A DNA stretch of 64,000 nt from NCBI GenBank assembly GCA_041662525.1, contig JBAZSF010000004.1, forward strand, positions 1,190 to 65,189. Direction: 5' to 3'. Shown in pieces: positions 19,818 to 28,948 of the stretch. The DNA is from Minisyncoccota bacterium (GTDB taxonomy: Bacteria; Patescibacteriota; Minisyncoccia; Phycocordibacterales; UBA9973). Position 1 is the stretch's first letter, and every line of letters starts with the position of its first letter. The notes under the pieces are model-generated. The model was given only the letters and a program-made list of their open reading frames with translations, did not search any database and was not told the origin of the DNA. The translations under genes and the position numbers were made by a program.

Positions 19818-19861
19818 ATTTGTACCTTTTATTTTATTTTAAATTATGCTAAATTATTGTT

Positions 19862-20119
19862 ATGGATCCTGAATCCAAAAAGTTATTAGAAGATACATTT
19901 GCTCTCGCACAGGAAAATAACAAAATGCTTCGTTCTGTATCGAGATCTATACGTATTTCTCGAATAATGAGCATTATATATTGGGCACTTGTTATTGGTT
20001 CTGCGGTTGGTGCTTATTATTTTATCCAGCCCTATATTGATCAATTGATTGGTGTATATAGTGGAGCAAAAAGTAATTTGGATAGTTTTGGTTCTTTACT
20101 TGATAATTTGAATAAATAA
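19862..20119 (+). CDS. Hypothetical single-TM membrane protein
   Basis: 85-aa ORF with one hydrophobic helix; extended -10-like element just upstream. Confidence 0.7.
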   Translation: MDPESKKLLEDTFALAQENNKMLRSVSRSIRISRIMSIIYWALVIGSAVGAYYFIQPYIDQLIGVYSGAKSNLDSFGSLLDNLNK

Positions 20120-20124
20120 ATATT

Positions 20125-20199
20125 GCCTGGGTAGCTCAGTAGTAGAGCGTTCCCCTGAAGAGGGACAGGTCGAGTGTGCGATTCACTCCCCAGGCACCA
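20125..20199 (+). tRNA. tRNA-Phe(GAA)
   Basis: GCCTGGG/CCCAGGC-A-CCA, anticodon loop CT-GAA-GA; T-loop variant TGCGATT. Confidence 0.9.
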
Positions 20200-20200
20200 C

Positions 20201-20236
20201 TAAAAACAAAACCCGCTTAAGCGGGTTTTGTTTTTA
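20201..20236. terminator. Bidirectional intrinsic terminator
   Basis: Perfect palindrome TAAAAACAAAACCCGCTTAAGCGGGTTTTGTTTTTA between convergent tRNA-Phe and hsp20. Confidence 0.85.
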
Positions 20237-20719
20237 GATTGATTTCACCTTAACGGTATTTTTCTTTTCTCTATCCACCTTTTTTATTTTAACTGTAACG
20301 AGGCCGTGTTTTTCTGTTGCTTCAACTTCTTCTGGTTCTACTTCTACAGAAAGTGATATGGTGCGTGAAAATTTACCCCAATAGAGTTCCTTGGTAAAAT
20401 AATTCTCCTCATCTATGTTTCTATTTTCTTCACGTTTACCAGATATGGTGATAATGTCTCGGGCAATTGATAATTCTAAGTCTTCTGGTCTAACTCCAGC
20501 TATCATCGTTTGAATGACGATATCAGTTGGTGTTTGATAAACATCTACTGATAATTCTGCCTCTTCGTTTTCTTCTTCAATCCAATTGCTGTTTTTTTTA
20601 TCTTCAGTATTTTCTTTTAAATTTTTTCCCAAGTAATTTTTTTTAAACGTTGTTTCTTCATCTTCACTACTAACACTTCCAGTGAGTCTTTCAAAAAAAC
20701 TTCTTTTTTTATTTTCCAT
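20234..20719 (-). CDS. Hsp20/alpha-crystallin small heat-shock protein
   Basis: VDVYQT, AGVRPEDL, ITISGKR, ELYWGKFSRTISL and HGLVTVKI motifs. Confidence 0.9.
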   Translation of the reverse strand: MENKKRSFFERLTGSVSSEDEETTFKKNYLGKNLKENTEDKKNSNWIEEENEEAELSVDVYQTPTDIVIQTMIAGVRPEDLELSIARDIITISGKREENRNIDEENYFTKELYWGKFSRTISLSVEVEPEEVEATEKHGLVTVKIKKVDREKKNTVKVKSI

Positions 20720-20810
20720 ATGATTTTACGAAATCATATCGCGCAATTGATTCTAATGAATCATGTCGCATTCTCCTTTAAAATGCGACCTAAGGCGCGA
20801 TACTTGATTT
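20718..20810 (-). promoter_or_regulatory. Structured leader of hsp20 with alternative hairpins
   Basis: 9-bp stem 20718-20726/20731-20739 covers the start codon; competing stem 20731-20744/20795-20810; inner GTCGCATT/AATGCGAC hairpin. Confidence 0.5.
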
Positions 20811-20816
20811 TATTAA

Positions 20817-21515
20817 TTAATAATTTTCACTCATTCTTCTTACTTTTTCAAAAAGTAACATAATTATAATTGTAACGACCCACAAAAATGCTAATACTTT
20901 CAAGAAATCACTTCCATCATTTCTTATTATAAAAAAATTAAAGGCGCTATGCAAGGCAATAGCAATTAAAAATCCAAAAAAAAGGAAACTATTTCTTTCC
21001 CATTTTTTCATAAAAAAAGAAATTCCTATCGAGATACCTATTATTCCACTTGAGATCGTGTGAAGGAGATTGGCCCCCAGAAATCTTAGATTACCAGTAC
21101 TTAGGCTCAAGGTAGTTCCTATTGAAGAAGGAAAAATTTTAAGCAAGAATAACATATTTTCAAGAGCAGCAAATCCTAGAGCTGCAGTAATCATATATAT
21201 CGGCCAATCTATTGGTTTGTCGGCATTTCTTGTTTTACACAAGATCACCAATACCGCAAGATATTTTAATATTTCTTCTGCGCTAGCCCATAATACAAGC
21301 TTACCTTCATAAGAGCTTATTTGATCTTGTATAAATTTTTGAATTGGCAAGACAAATATAACCATTATCATGCCCATTATAAATACTATAGCGACTAATC
21401 CTTTTGGTTCAGGGTGTTCTTCGTCTTCTTTCAACCAAAACCATAGCCATAAAAGAGAAGGGATAATTCCACCCAAAAATGCTACGATTAAAGTTTTTGG
21501 ATCAGTTGTTATCAT
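20817..21515 (-). CDS. PrsW-family intramembrane metalloprotease
   Basis: EHPEP, AEEILKY, ALGFAALEN, LH and ALHSAFN motifs; ATG 21515 (the longer ORF start reads through a repeat). Confidence 0.9.
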   Translation of the reverse strand: MITTDPKTLIVAFLGGIIPSLLWLWFWLKEDEEHPEPKGLVAIVFIMGMIMVIFVLPIQKFIQDQISSYEGKLVLWASAEEILKYLAVLVILCKTRNADKPIDWPIYMITAALGFAALENMLFLLKIFPSSIGTTLSLSTGNLRFLGANLLHTISSGIIGISIGISFFMKKWERNSFLFFGFLIAIALHSAFNFFIIRNDGSDFLKVLAFLWVVTIIIMLLFEKVRRMSENY

Positions 21516-23700
21516 TATGGCCGTAGGTCCCGAGCGTAGCGAGGGGCCATTGTTCAATCATTAATAGATTTTTGTTTTGTTCTTGGTCTTTCGTGGGCAT
21601 CATCGACCAAATTTCTTCTGTAACGAATGGCATAAAAGGATGTAAGGTTTTAAGTAAGGTAATTAAATGTGTGTAAAGAAGAACTTTAGCTGAATCTGCA
21701 TTTTTATTTTCTAAAATCTTTTTCTTTGAACGTTCGATGATAATATCCGCGAAGGTGTGCCAGAAATAATGATAAAGTTTTTCGGCGACAAGAGAAAATT
21801 TAAATTCACTCATTTCTTTTGATACCTCAGCTATCAAACTTTCTAATTCTTTTTTACTTAGTGCATCTTCTTCATCGAGTTTTGATGTATTGATAATATT
21901 AAAATCTTTTGTTTGCTCTAAGACAAATCTGGAAGCGTTCCAAACTTTGTTAGTAAATTTTCCATAGCCACGAATATCGTTTTCATTTAATTTTAAATCA
22001 TTTCCTGGAGTATTGCCTATGACCATTGCCATCCGTAATGCATCATTGCCATATTTTTCTATTATATCTAATGGGTCGATAGCTTTTTCACCGAGTGATT
22101 TAGACATTTTTTTACCATCGGCTGTACGGACCATGCCATGTAGGTAAACTTTTTCAAACGGTATTTCTCCTAAGAGATACTGAGACATTAGAATCATACG
22201 GGCAATCCAGAAAAAAAGAATATCGTGTCCTGTTTCTAGAATAGTGGTCGGATGATAATCTTCAAGATCCTTTGTTTTTTCAGGCCAGCCCAAAGTAGAA
22301 AAGGTCCAAAGTCCTGAGGAAAACCAAGTATCTAACGTATCTTCATCTTGAATCCATCCTTCTTCTTTTGGTGCTTCAATACCACAATAAATTTCTTTAT
22401 CTTTATACCATACGGGTATTCTGTGCCCATACCAGATTTGTCTACTAATACACCAATCACGCAAGTTTTCAATCCAGTTGAAATACACTTTTTCGAAATG
22501 AGATGGCATTATTTTTATTTTTCCATTCCTTACTGGCTCTAGCATTAATTCTTTGAGGGATTTATTTTCTCTGTTTGGAATTTTTTTATTTACATCCACG
22601 AACCATTGGAGCATTATTTGAGGTTCGATCATTCCTCCAGTTCTCTCTGCGGTAGCCACTCTGTTTACATAATTTTCTTCAAGTTTTACTAGTAATCCTT
22701 TTTCTTTTAATTTTTCTACAATTTTTTCTCTAGCTTCAGTAATTTTCATACCTGCAAAATCTCCTGCAATAGGAAGGAGTTTGCCGTATTTGTCTATGAT
22801 TTGTTCTTTGTCTAATTTGTATTTTTCGGCAATGGCAAAGTCTTCGTGTGAATGCCACGGGGTTATAGTCATGACTCCAGTACCGAATTCCATATCGATT
22901 ATTTCATCTTTTATAACAGTAGCTTCTATTGGTCCATTTATCCACTCGACAGTCAGCTTGTCGCCATGTTTCCACTTTATATATCTTTTATCGTCTGGAT
23001 GCATCACAACGTATTTATCACCAAATTTTGTTTCTGGGCGAGCAGTACCTATTTCAAAAGGTCCATATTTAAAAGTATAAAACTTACCTTTTCTTTCTTC
23101 ATAGACTAATTCATCATCTGAAATGACTGTTTGCCCTTTTGGATCCCAGTTTACTATTCTGTGTCCACGATAAATAAGCCCATCGTCATACATTGTTTTA
23201 AAAGCAGTTTTTACGGCAATATTACGAGTTTCATCTAGGGTAAAAGCTTCGCGAGACCAGTCAAGGGAAGCACCGAGCTTTTTTGCTTGGTTCACTATCG
23301 TGTCGTGTGATTCTTTGGCAAATTTTTCTACTTGTTTTAAAAATTCTTCTCGGCCTAAAATATTTTTTCTAATACCTTCTTTTTCTAGCATTTTTTCTAC
23401 CTTGGATTGGGTGGCTATCGCAGCATGATCAGTACCAGGGAGCCAGAGAGTACGCTTGCCTTGCATACGAGCGTGCCGCACCATGATATCTTGGATTACG
23501 AGCATAAGTGCATGTCCAGTGTGTAAATTGCCAGTGACGTTTGGTGGGGGAAGTACTATGGAGAATTTTTCTGCATCAATTTTTGTTATTCCTTTTTCTA
23601 TACATACATCTGGATTAAAAAAACCAGATTCTTCCCAAAGCTTGTAAATTTTTTCTTCGGTATTTTTAGGGTCGTAGGGTTTGAGCAACTTTTCGTTCAT
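21502..23700 (-). CDS. valS: Valine--tRNA ligase (short form without C-terminal coiled coil)
   Basis: PPPNVTGNLHTGH, DWCISRQIWYGHRIP, DTLDTWFSS and KMSKS motifs. Confidence 0.96.
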   Translation of the reverse strand: MNEKLLKPYDPKNTEEKIYKLWEESGFFNPDVCIEKGITKIDAEKFSIVLPPPNVTGNLHTGHALMLVIQDIMVRHARMQGKRTLWLPGTDHAAIATQSKVEKMLEKEGIRKNILGREEFLKQVEKFAKESHDTIVNQAKKLGASLDWSREAFTLDETRNIAVKTAFKTMYDDGLIYRGHRIVNWDPKGQTVISDDELVYEERKGKFYTFKYGPFEIGTARPETKFGDKYVVMHPDDKRYIKWKHGDKLTVEWINGPIEATVIKDEIIDMEFGTGVMTITPWHSHEDFAIAEKYKLDKEQIIDKYGKLLPIAGDFAGMKITEAREKIVEKLKEKGLLVKLEENYVNRVATAERTGGMIEPQIMLQWFVDVNKKIPNRENKSLKELMLEPVRNGKIKIMPSHFEKVYFNWIENLRDWCISRQIWYGHRIPVWYKDKEIYCGIEAPKEEGWIQDEDTLDTWFSSGLWTFSTLGWPEKTKDLEDYHPTTILETGHDILFFWIARMILMSQYLLGEIPFEKVYLHGMVRTADGKKMSKSLGEKAIDPLDIIEKYGNDALRMAMVIGNTPGNDLKLNENDIRGYGKFTNKVWNASRFVLEQTKDFNIINTSKLDEEDALSKKELESLIAEVSKEMSEFKFSLVAEKLYHYFWHTFADIIIERSKKKILENKNADSAKVLLYTHLITLLKTLHPFMPFVTEEIWSMMPTKDQEQNKNLLMIEQWPLATLGTYGHNDNN
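21517..21550. repeat. GC-rich hairpin element in the valS C-terminus / prsW start region
   Basis: ATGGCC-GTAGGTCCCGAGCGTAGCGAGG-GGCCAT; the - strand reads CCCCTCG...CTACGG like 38505..38529. Confidence 0.6.
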
Positions 23701-23737
23701 GCCTAAATATATCACATTTATTCTGACTCGAGAAGGG

Positions 23738-24943
23738 TTAGAGCTTTAGATTACCAGTTGCTTTTACGTCATCTAATTTAGGAACTCTCTTTTTATTTTT
23801 TATATAATTTAAATATCCAGCGATACCGATCATTATAGAATTATCTCCCATAAGTTCTTTTGTGGGAAATAAGATTTTTATTTTTTTTCCGCCAGAGGCG
23901 GATCCGCCTAGGGCGGAGATTTCATTCTGTAAATGTTTATTAGCCACGACTCCTCCAGCAACGATAAGAGTTTTTATATTATATTTTTCTACAGCTTTTT
24001 TTGTTTTGTAAGTTAAACATTCGATAGCGGCGTTTTCAAATTCTAAAGCAATTTGTGCTTTTGTTTTTTGGTTGATTTTTTTGATACCACCTAAATCTCT
24101 TATCAAATACAAAACTGCTGTTTTGAGTCCAGAAAAAGAAAAATTAAAATCTTTAGTATATATCATTGGACGGGGGAGAGCTAAAGAAAAACTAATCTTT
24201 TTGGGGTTGCGTTCACAGGAGAAGCGAGAAACTCGTGCGGACTCAGCGCACATAATTTTCTGTTGAAAATTTGCTATGCTCGGCTCGCCAGCCTGCGCAA
24301 TGCTTCGCTCGCACGAGTTTCTCGCTTCTCCTGCCAATTTTGAAATCTGTGGTCCACCAGGATAAGGTAGATCAAGCATTCTGGCCACTTTATCGAAAGC
24401 TTCACCGACGGCATCGTCGAGTGTTTCCCCGATAATTTCATAATTCATAAATTTGTTAGAAAGTACTAATTGGGTGTGCCCGCCTGATACGAGCAACATC
24501 AGTATAGGTGTTTTTAATTTCTCTATTTTAAAAGTTCCCCTGCCTTTTCCAAAAACAGAAAGGATGTGTCCTTCCATATGGTTGACTGGTACTAAGGGTA
24601 CTTTCCATTTTTGCGAGAGCTCTTTGGCAAAAACGATCCCAGTCCAAAGAGACATTTCAAGTCCTGGACCATGAGTCACCATTATTGCGTCTATTGGTTT
24701 TTTATTTTTACTTAACTTAACTTTTTTCAAGCAGGCTTCTAATAAAATAGGCAGATTTTTTTCATGTTCCAGTTTTGCCAGTTTTGGAAAAACTCCGCCA
24801 TAGGGGATGTGAACATTGATTTGAGAATTTGAGCTGTTGGCTAAAACTTTAAAAGAAGCATTTGTAATGCCTCCTTTAGCTTCCATTATACTTATTGCTG
24901 TATCGTCGCAGGAAGTTTCGATGCTTAAAATTCTTATTGTCAT
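23738..24943 (-). CDS. tsaD: tRNA N6-adenosine threonylcarbamoyltransferase
   Basis: IETSCDDT, GPGL, VNHMEGH, LVSGGHT, DDAVGEAFDK, YPGGP, FSFSGLKT and DN motifs. Confidence 0.96.
   Translation of the reverse strand: MTIRILSIETSCDDTAISIMEAKGGITNASFKVLANSSNSQINVHIPYGGVFPKLAKLEHEKNLPILLEACLKKVKLSKNKKPIDAIMVTHGPGLEMSLWTGIVFAKELSQKWKVPLVPVNHMEGHILSVFGKGRGTFKIEKLKTPILMLLVSGGHTQLVLSNKFMNYEIIGETLDDAVGEAFDKVARMLDLPYPGGPQISKLAGEARNSCERSIAQAGEPSIANFQQKIMCAESARVSRFSCERNPKKISFSLALPRPMIYTKDFNFSFSGLKTAVLYLIRDLGGIKKINQKTKAQIALEFENAAIECLTYKTKKAVEKYNIKTLIVAGGVVANKHLQNEISALGGSASGGKKIKILFPTKELMGDNSIMIGIAGYLNYIKNKKRVPKLDDVKATGNLKL
23888..23917. repeat. Tandem TCCGCC-N3-GGCGGA hairpins in-frame in tsaD (30 nt)
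   Basis: TCCGCCAGAGGCGGA-TCCGCCTAGGGCGGA encoding SALGGSASGG; related hairpin at 25930..25947. Confidence 0.8.
24216..24333. repeat. Large palindromic element in-frame in tsaD
   Basis: 24-bp perfect inverted repeat CAGGAGAAGCGAGAAACTCGTGCG; core CTCGGCTCGCCAGCCT is 15/16 identical to the cores at 11809 and 49027. Confidence 0.88.
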
Positions 24944-24950
24944 ATTTATG

Positions 24951-25022
24951 TGCGCGGTGAGGGGATTGAACCCCCGGCCTACCCCACGTCAAGGGGTCGC
25001 TCTACCACTGAGCTAACCGCGC
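24951..25022 (-). tRNA. tRNA-Val(GAC)
   Basis: Reverse complement GCGCGGTTAGCTCAGTGGTAGAGCGACCCC-TTGACGT-GGGGT...GTTCAATCC...ACCGCGCA. Confidence 0.93.
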
Positions 25023-25031
25023 ATCTCATTA

Positions 25032-25787
25032 CTATACTATCAATTTCTCTAATGTTTCAAGCTCTTCTTTGGAATTTACTCCTAAAGCTTCATGGGGATC
25101 AATATTTATTGATTGTATTTGATTTTTTTCTTTCATCGCTATTTTTACTAAATCAGTCAAGTAATATTCTTTTTGAGCATTATTTGTGTTTAACGTTTTA
25201 AGGTTTTCCCAGAGCCATTTTGCTTCAAAACAAAAGTAACAAGGATTTAATTCTTTTACCTTTTTTTCTTCTTCGTCAGTATCTTTAAATTGGACGTCTT
25301 TTATAATATCTCCATTGGGATCTCGAATTATGCGAGAAAAATTTTTGTAAAACACAGCTCTCCAATCATCAAAATCTTGGACAGTAAAAGTAGCCATGGT
25401 TATTTTTTTACTGGAAGCCAGATGAGTATCTTTTAATTTTTTTATAGTTTCAGGACTGATAAGTGGATGGTCTCCATAGAGAACCATTATGTGATCCGCA
25501 TTATTTTCAAGCATTTTTTGGGTGATTATTACTGCATGTCCTGTGCCGAGTTGTTCTTCTTGAATCATGTAATCATAATCTTTACCAAGAGCTTCCATTA
25601 CTTTTTCTTTGCCGTAGCCGACGACAATAACAGGCCTGCTGTTTATGCCAGATTTTTCAATAGATTCAAGTAAGTATTTAATTATTGATTTACCTTTTAC
25701 TGTTTCTAAAACTTTAGGTAAATCACTCTGCATTCTTGTGCCTTTTCCAGCAGCCAAAATAATTATTTTTATTTGATTATTGTCCAT
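25032..25787 (-). CDS. GlmU-like nucleotidyltransferase (N-terminal domain only)
   Basis: LAAGKGTRMQSDLPKVL, QEEQLGTGHAV, LYGD, NAQKEYYLTD and GVNS motifs; no left-handed beta-helix acetyltransferase domain. Confidence 0.88.
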   Translation of the reverse strand: MDNNQIKIIILAAGKGTRMQSDLPKVLETVKGKSIIKYLLESIEKSGINSRPVIVVGYGKEKVMEALGKDYDYMIQEEQLGTGHAVIITQKMLENNADHIMVLYGDHPLISPETIKKLKDTHLASSKKITMATFTVQDFDDWRAVFYKNFSRIIRDPNGDIIKDVQFKDTDEEEKKVKELNPCYFCFEAKWLWENLKTLNTNNAQKEYYLTDLVKIAMKEKNQIQSINIDPHEALGVNSKEELETLEKLIV

Positions 25788-25834
25788 ATGGTGCTTAATG
25801 ATAGCAGATTAGAGAGTGGTTTTCAAATCATGAA

Positions 25835-26019
25835 TCCACTAGGTCTTTCCTAGCGGAAAGGCAATGTTTATGTGGTCCACAATAATTTGCTTTCCGTCGA
25901 AAGCAAATTTTCCAGACCCGGACTCAGCTATCCGCCAGCTGGCGGATTATGCTTCCGTCTTCACAAAGCACAAAAAAAGAGCACAGCAGTGTGCTCTTTT
26001 TTATGTAAGTGCTTTGTGA
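25835..26019. repeat. Composite of nested hairpin elements downstream of tRNA-Glu
   Basis: TCCACTAGGTCTTTCCTAGCGGA; AATTTGCTTTC/GAAAGCAAATT; CGGACTCAGC (also at 24238); ATCCGCCAGCTGGCGGAT; TCACAAAGCAC/GTGCTTTGTGA enclosing the terminator AAAAAAGAGCAC/GTGCTCTTTTTT. Confidence 0.7.
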
Positions 26020-26088
26020 CCCCACAGAGAATCGAACTCTGATTACCGGATTGAAAACCCGATGTCCTAACCGTTAGACGATGGGGCC
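26017..26088 (-). tRNA. tRNA-Glu(TTC)
   Basis: Reverse complement GGCCCCATCGTCTAACGGTTAGGACATCGGG-TTTTCAA-TCCGG...GTTCGATTC...TGGGGTCA. Confidence 0.93.
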
Positions 26089-26161
26089 AATTTCTAAACT
26101 AAACTTAAAGTATCATAACATTTTTTGAAAAAACTGCAAAAAATGTTAGATTATCAAACGA

Positions 26162-26246
26162 GGAGGGTTCGCCTAATGGTATGGCACTGGTTTCGAAAAC
26201 CAGCGGGAGTAATCCCTTACAGGTTCAAGTCCTGTACCCTCCGCCA
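26162..26246 (+). tRNA. tRNA-Ser(CGA)
   Basis: GGAGGGT/ACCCTCC-G-CCA, CTGGT-TTCGAAA-ACCAG anticodon arm, long variable arm. Confidence 0.93.
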
Positions 26247-26249
26247 CTA

Positions 26250-26279
26250 TTGACAATTCAGCTTTTTTATGGCTAATAT
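26250..26279 (+). promoter_or_regulatory. Sigma70-type promoter
   Basis: TTGACA at 26250-26255, 18-nt spacer, TAATAT at 26274-26279. Confidence 0.55.
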
Positions 26280-26355
26280 GACATTGGAGGCACTTTGTCA
26301 TCTACAACCCAAAAATATATAAATAAATATGGCCTACACGGCTAAAGGAGGAGTT

Positions 26356-27267
26356 ATGGAATTGCATCATATTGCGTTAGTGCTTTTATTGAACGCAAAA
26401 GAAGAGGTGTTGCTCGCCCGTAGAGTTGACAATTGGGAGCTACCTGGTGGGCACGTTGAACCTGCCGATGGAAGTCGTGAAAAAGCATTCGTACGCGAAA
26501 TAAGAGAAGAAACACAACTGAGAGGGATTTTTAATAAACGCCTTTTGTTCAGTCGTGATGAACACAAGGAGGAAAAGTTGTACATGTTCGATATTTATGT
26601 CGGGCATTGCTACGATGAACGATTTCCTGGTTCACTCGTAGCCGAGGGGATTATCGAGACCAAGTGGTGGTCTCTAGACGAGACTAAAGGATTGACGCTG
26701 ACTCCTATGGCAAGTAAAGCGCTTAATTTTTTAAAGGAGAAGCGCTCGTCTTTTATCTCAGAGTGCCGGCATCACTTTCACGTGGTGTTGAACGAGGCAA
26801 AACTTCAGGGGGCTGGAGTTGAGAACATGGAAAACCTCAAGAAGAAAATGGAAGAATGCATAGAGATGTTGTCGATAATTGGCCAGTTACCGCCTGCTGT
26901 CAAGAGCAAAGCAGTCGGTAAGCAAAAGGTCATCGTTATGGTTGACGATGACGAGTATACTCTGTATACACTCAAAAAATTGTTTTCAGCTGAGAAATAC
27001 CGAGTCTACTCCTTTAGCGATCCAAGGGAAGCCTTGGATTGGTTGAAAGAGTCATCAGTTGAAGTTGACGCGCTTGTTACCGACCAGAGAATGCACTGTA
27101 TATATGGTTCAGAGCTTCTCAGGAAGGTGCGCGAGTTGAAGATACTCGCGTCGGCAAAGTTTGTTCTTATCAGCGGTGAAGAAGTTCCCGCTGATGACAA
27201 AAAAGGGTTTGATAAATTCTTTGTCAGACCAGTATCGCCCGATGAGCTCATTCGGGTAATATCATAG
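26356..27267 (+). CDS. NUDIX hydrolase fused to a C-terminal response-regulator receiver domain
   Basis: WELPGGHVE...REIREET Nudix box; VMVDDD, VTDQRM..GSEL, ISG and RP receiver motifs; SD AAAGGAGGAG at 26344-26353. Confidence 0.85.
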   Translation: MELHHIALVLLLNAKEEVLLARRVDNWELPGGHVEPADGSREKAFVREIREETQLRGIFNKRLLFSRDEHKEEKLYMFDIYVGHCYDERFPGSLVAEGIIETKWWSLDETKGLTLTPMASKALNFLKEKRSSFISECRHHFHVVLNEAKLQGAGVENMENLKKKMEECIEMLSIIGQLPPAVKSKAVGKQKVIVMVDDDEYTLYTLKKLFSAEKYRVYSFSDPREALDWLKESSVEVDALVTDQRMHCIYGSELLRKVRELKILASAKFVLISGEEVPADDKKGFDKFFVRPVSPDELIRVIS

Positions 27268-27281
27268 AATCTTAGATCTAA

Positions 27282-27319
27282 AAATCCCCGTTGCGTGCCA
27301 TAAGCACCAACGGGGATTT
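27282..27319 (+). terminator. Hairpin terminator after NUDIX-REC
   Basis: AAATCCCCGTTG.GTGC/GCAC.CAACGGGGATTT stem. Confidence 0.7.
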
Positions 27320-27346
27320 GCTATTTATAAAAGATAATTCATAATA

Positions 27347-28912
27347 ATGAGCATGGTTCGCCTATATGAAAAAATGTTCTCGATAATTAGAATGATTCTC
27401 ACCACAATGCGGCAGTACGTCATGGCACTTGAACATGTCCGGATGCATAAATTAGGAATCACCGATAGCGAACAAAAATTTCGCTTGATAGCGGAGTCGG
27501 TCAATAACGCTATCATCACGTTTGACGAAGCCGGATTCGTAGTGTACTGGAACAAGAGTGCTAAACGCATATTTGGTTTTAATGAAAGCGAGGTCCTAGG
27601 AAAACCATTTATTCTTGGTAAGCACGAAAAGAAAAACAACTGGGACATAGGAAAGAATATTTCAGTCGAGATGCAAGGGGTGCGGAAAAACGGCAAAGAA
27701 TTCCCCTTAAAGGTGTCGTATTCATCGTGGAAAATTGGCGAGAAACAATTCCATACAGCAATTGCCCGAGATGTAGGCCCTTATCGAGCAACAGAACAAA
27801 AGCTCCGCGATTATGCTCAAAAGATGAAAGAGGGTAGGGCATTCGACGACGCGCTTCTCTTGAGCATCGCAGACGGCATTCTAGTAACCGATACGGTAGG
27901 TAAAATTACCTATATCAACAAAGCGCTCGAGGAGCTCTGTGGCATGAAGTCCTCCGAGCTTTTGAACCATGATTTAGATGAAAAGATCCCTTTTTTCGAC
28001 GAGCTCGGGAGACGCGTCTCGAAGGAGAAACGGCCGCTCTATATGGCACTCGATACCGATAAAAAAAACAATGAACTCGCGGTTTCAACTGCGACGACTT
28101 TCCATCTCATTCACAAAAAAGACAAACGAATAGTTCCTCTCTCAATCAGTTCTGCGCCTCTCGTGATCAATGGTGATATTAAGGGGGCGGTGGTAGTCTG
28201 GCGCGATATTACTCAAGAAAAGGAGATCGAAAAAGCAAAAAGTGAGTTTATTTCTCTTGCTTCACACCAGCTCCGCACACCACTCACTACTATTTCCCTG
28301 ACAACTGAGATGTTAATGAAGGGTATGGTGGGTGATATGAGTAAGGAAAATAAAAAATATTTAAAAAAGATTTTTAAAGAAGTAAAAAATATGACAGAAG
28401 TGATCCAAACATTTTTGAATATTTCCCGCATCGAAATGGGCAAATTCGAAATAGAGTTGAAACCGGTAAAATTATTCGAAATTATGGAAGAAATAGTCGA
28501 AGAAATACTGCCACAGATTAATAATAAAAAAATATATTTCAAGAAACAATATAACAAAAATCTACCGACTATAAATTTAGACAAAAGAGTTATTAGAATT
28601 ATCTTGGAAAATCTTCTTTCGAATGCTATTAAATATTCAAAACCGGACGGCCAGATAACACTATTAACAAAAAAAACTGGCAATTATGTTATCATAGAGG
28701 TTTCGGACAATGGTATCGGCATTCCGAAAAAAGATCAAGATAAGATATTTACAAAAATGTTTCGGGCTAGAAACGCTTCGGAGCATGCCAATGTGAGTTC
28801 GGGGCTGGGTCTTTACCTAGTAAAAAATTTAGCAGAACAGAGCGGGTATAAAATCTCTGTTAAATCAAAAGAGGATAAGGGCACCACTTTTTCAATTTCA
28901 TTACCACTATAA
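27347..28912 (+). CDS. Cytoplasmic PAS-PAS sensor histidine kinase (start uncertain)
   Basis: Two PAS domains; SEFISLASHQLRTPLT, NLLSNAIKYS, DNGIGIP, IFTKMFR and GLGLY motifs. Confidence 0.92.
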   Translation: MSMVRLYEKMFSIIRMILTTMRQYVMALEHVRMHKLGITDSEQKFRLIAESVNNAIITFDEAGFVVYWNKSAKRIFGFNESEVLGKPFILGKHEKKNNWDIGKNISVEMQGVRKNGKEFPLKVSYSSWKIGEKQFHTAIARDVGPYRATEQKLRDYAQKMKEGRAFDDALLLSIADGILVTDTVGKITYINKALEELCGMKSSELLNHDLDEKIPFFDELGRRVSKEKRPLYMALDTDKKNNELAVSTATTFHLIHKKDKRIVPLSISSAPLVINGDIKGAVVVWRDITQEKEIEKAKSEFISLASHQLRTPLTTISLTTEMLMKGMVGDMSKENKKYLKKIFKEVKNMTEVIQTFLNISRIEMGKFEIELKPVKLFEIMEEIVEEILPQINNKKIYFKKQYNKNLPTINLDKRVIRIILENLLSNAIKYSKPDGQITLLTKKTGNYVIIEVSDNGIGIPKKDQDKIFTKMFRARNASEHANVSSGLGLYLVKNLAEQSGYKISVKSKEDKGTTFSISLPL

Positions 28913-28948
28913 TCTTTTATTATATTTCAATATAATATTATTTGCTTT

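Noticed and set aside
21502-23700. Short ValRS as a pseudogene
   Set aside because: Catalytic and anticodon-binding parts are intact; only the terminal coiled coil is absent
24950-25201. 83-aa ORF MRGEGIEPPAYPTS...
   Set aside because: It is the antisense reading of tRNA-Val and the GlmU-like gene
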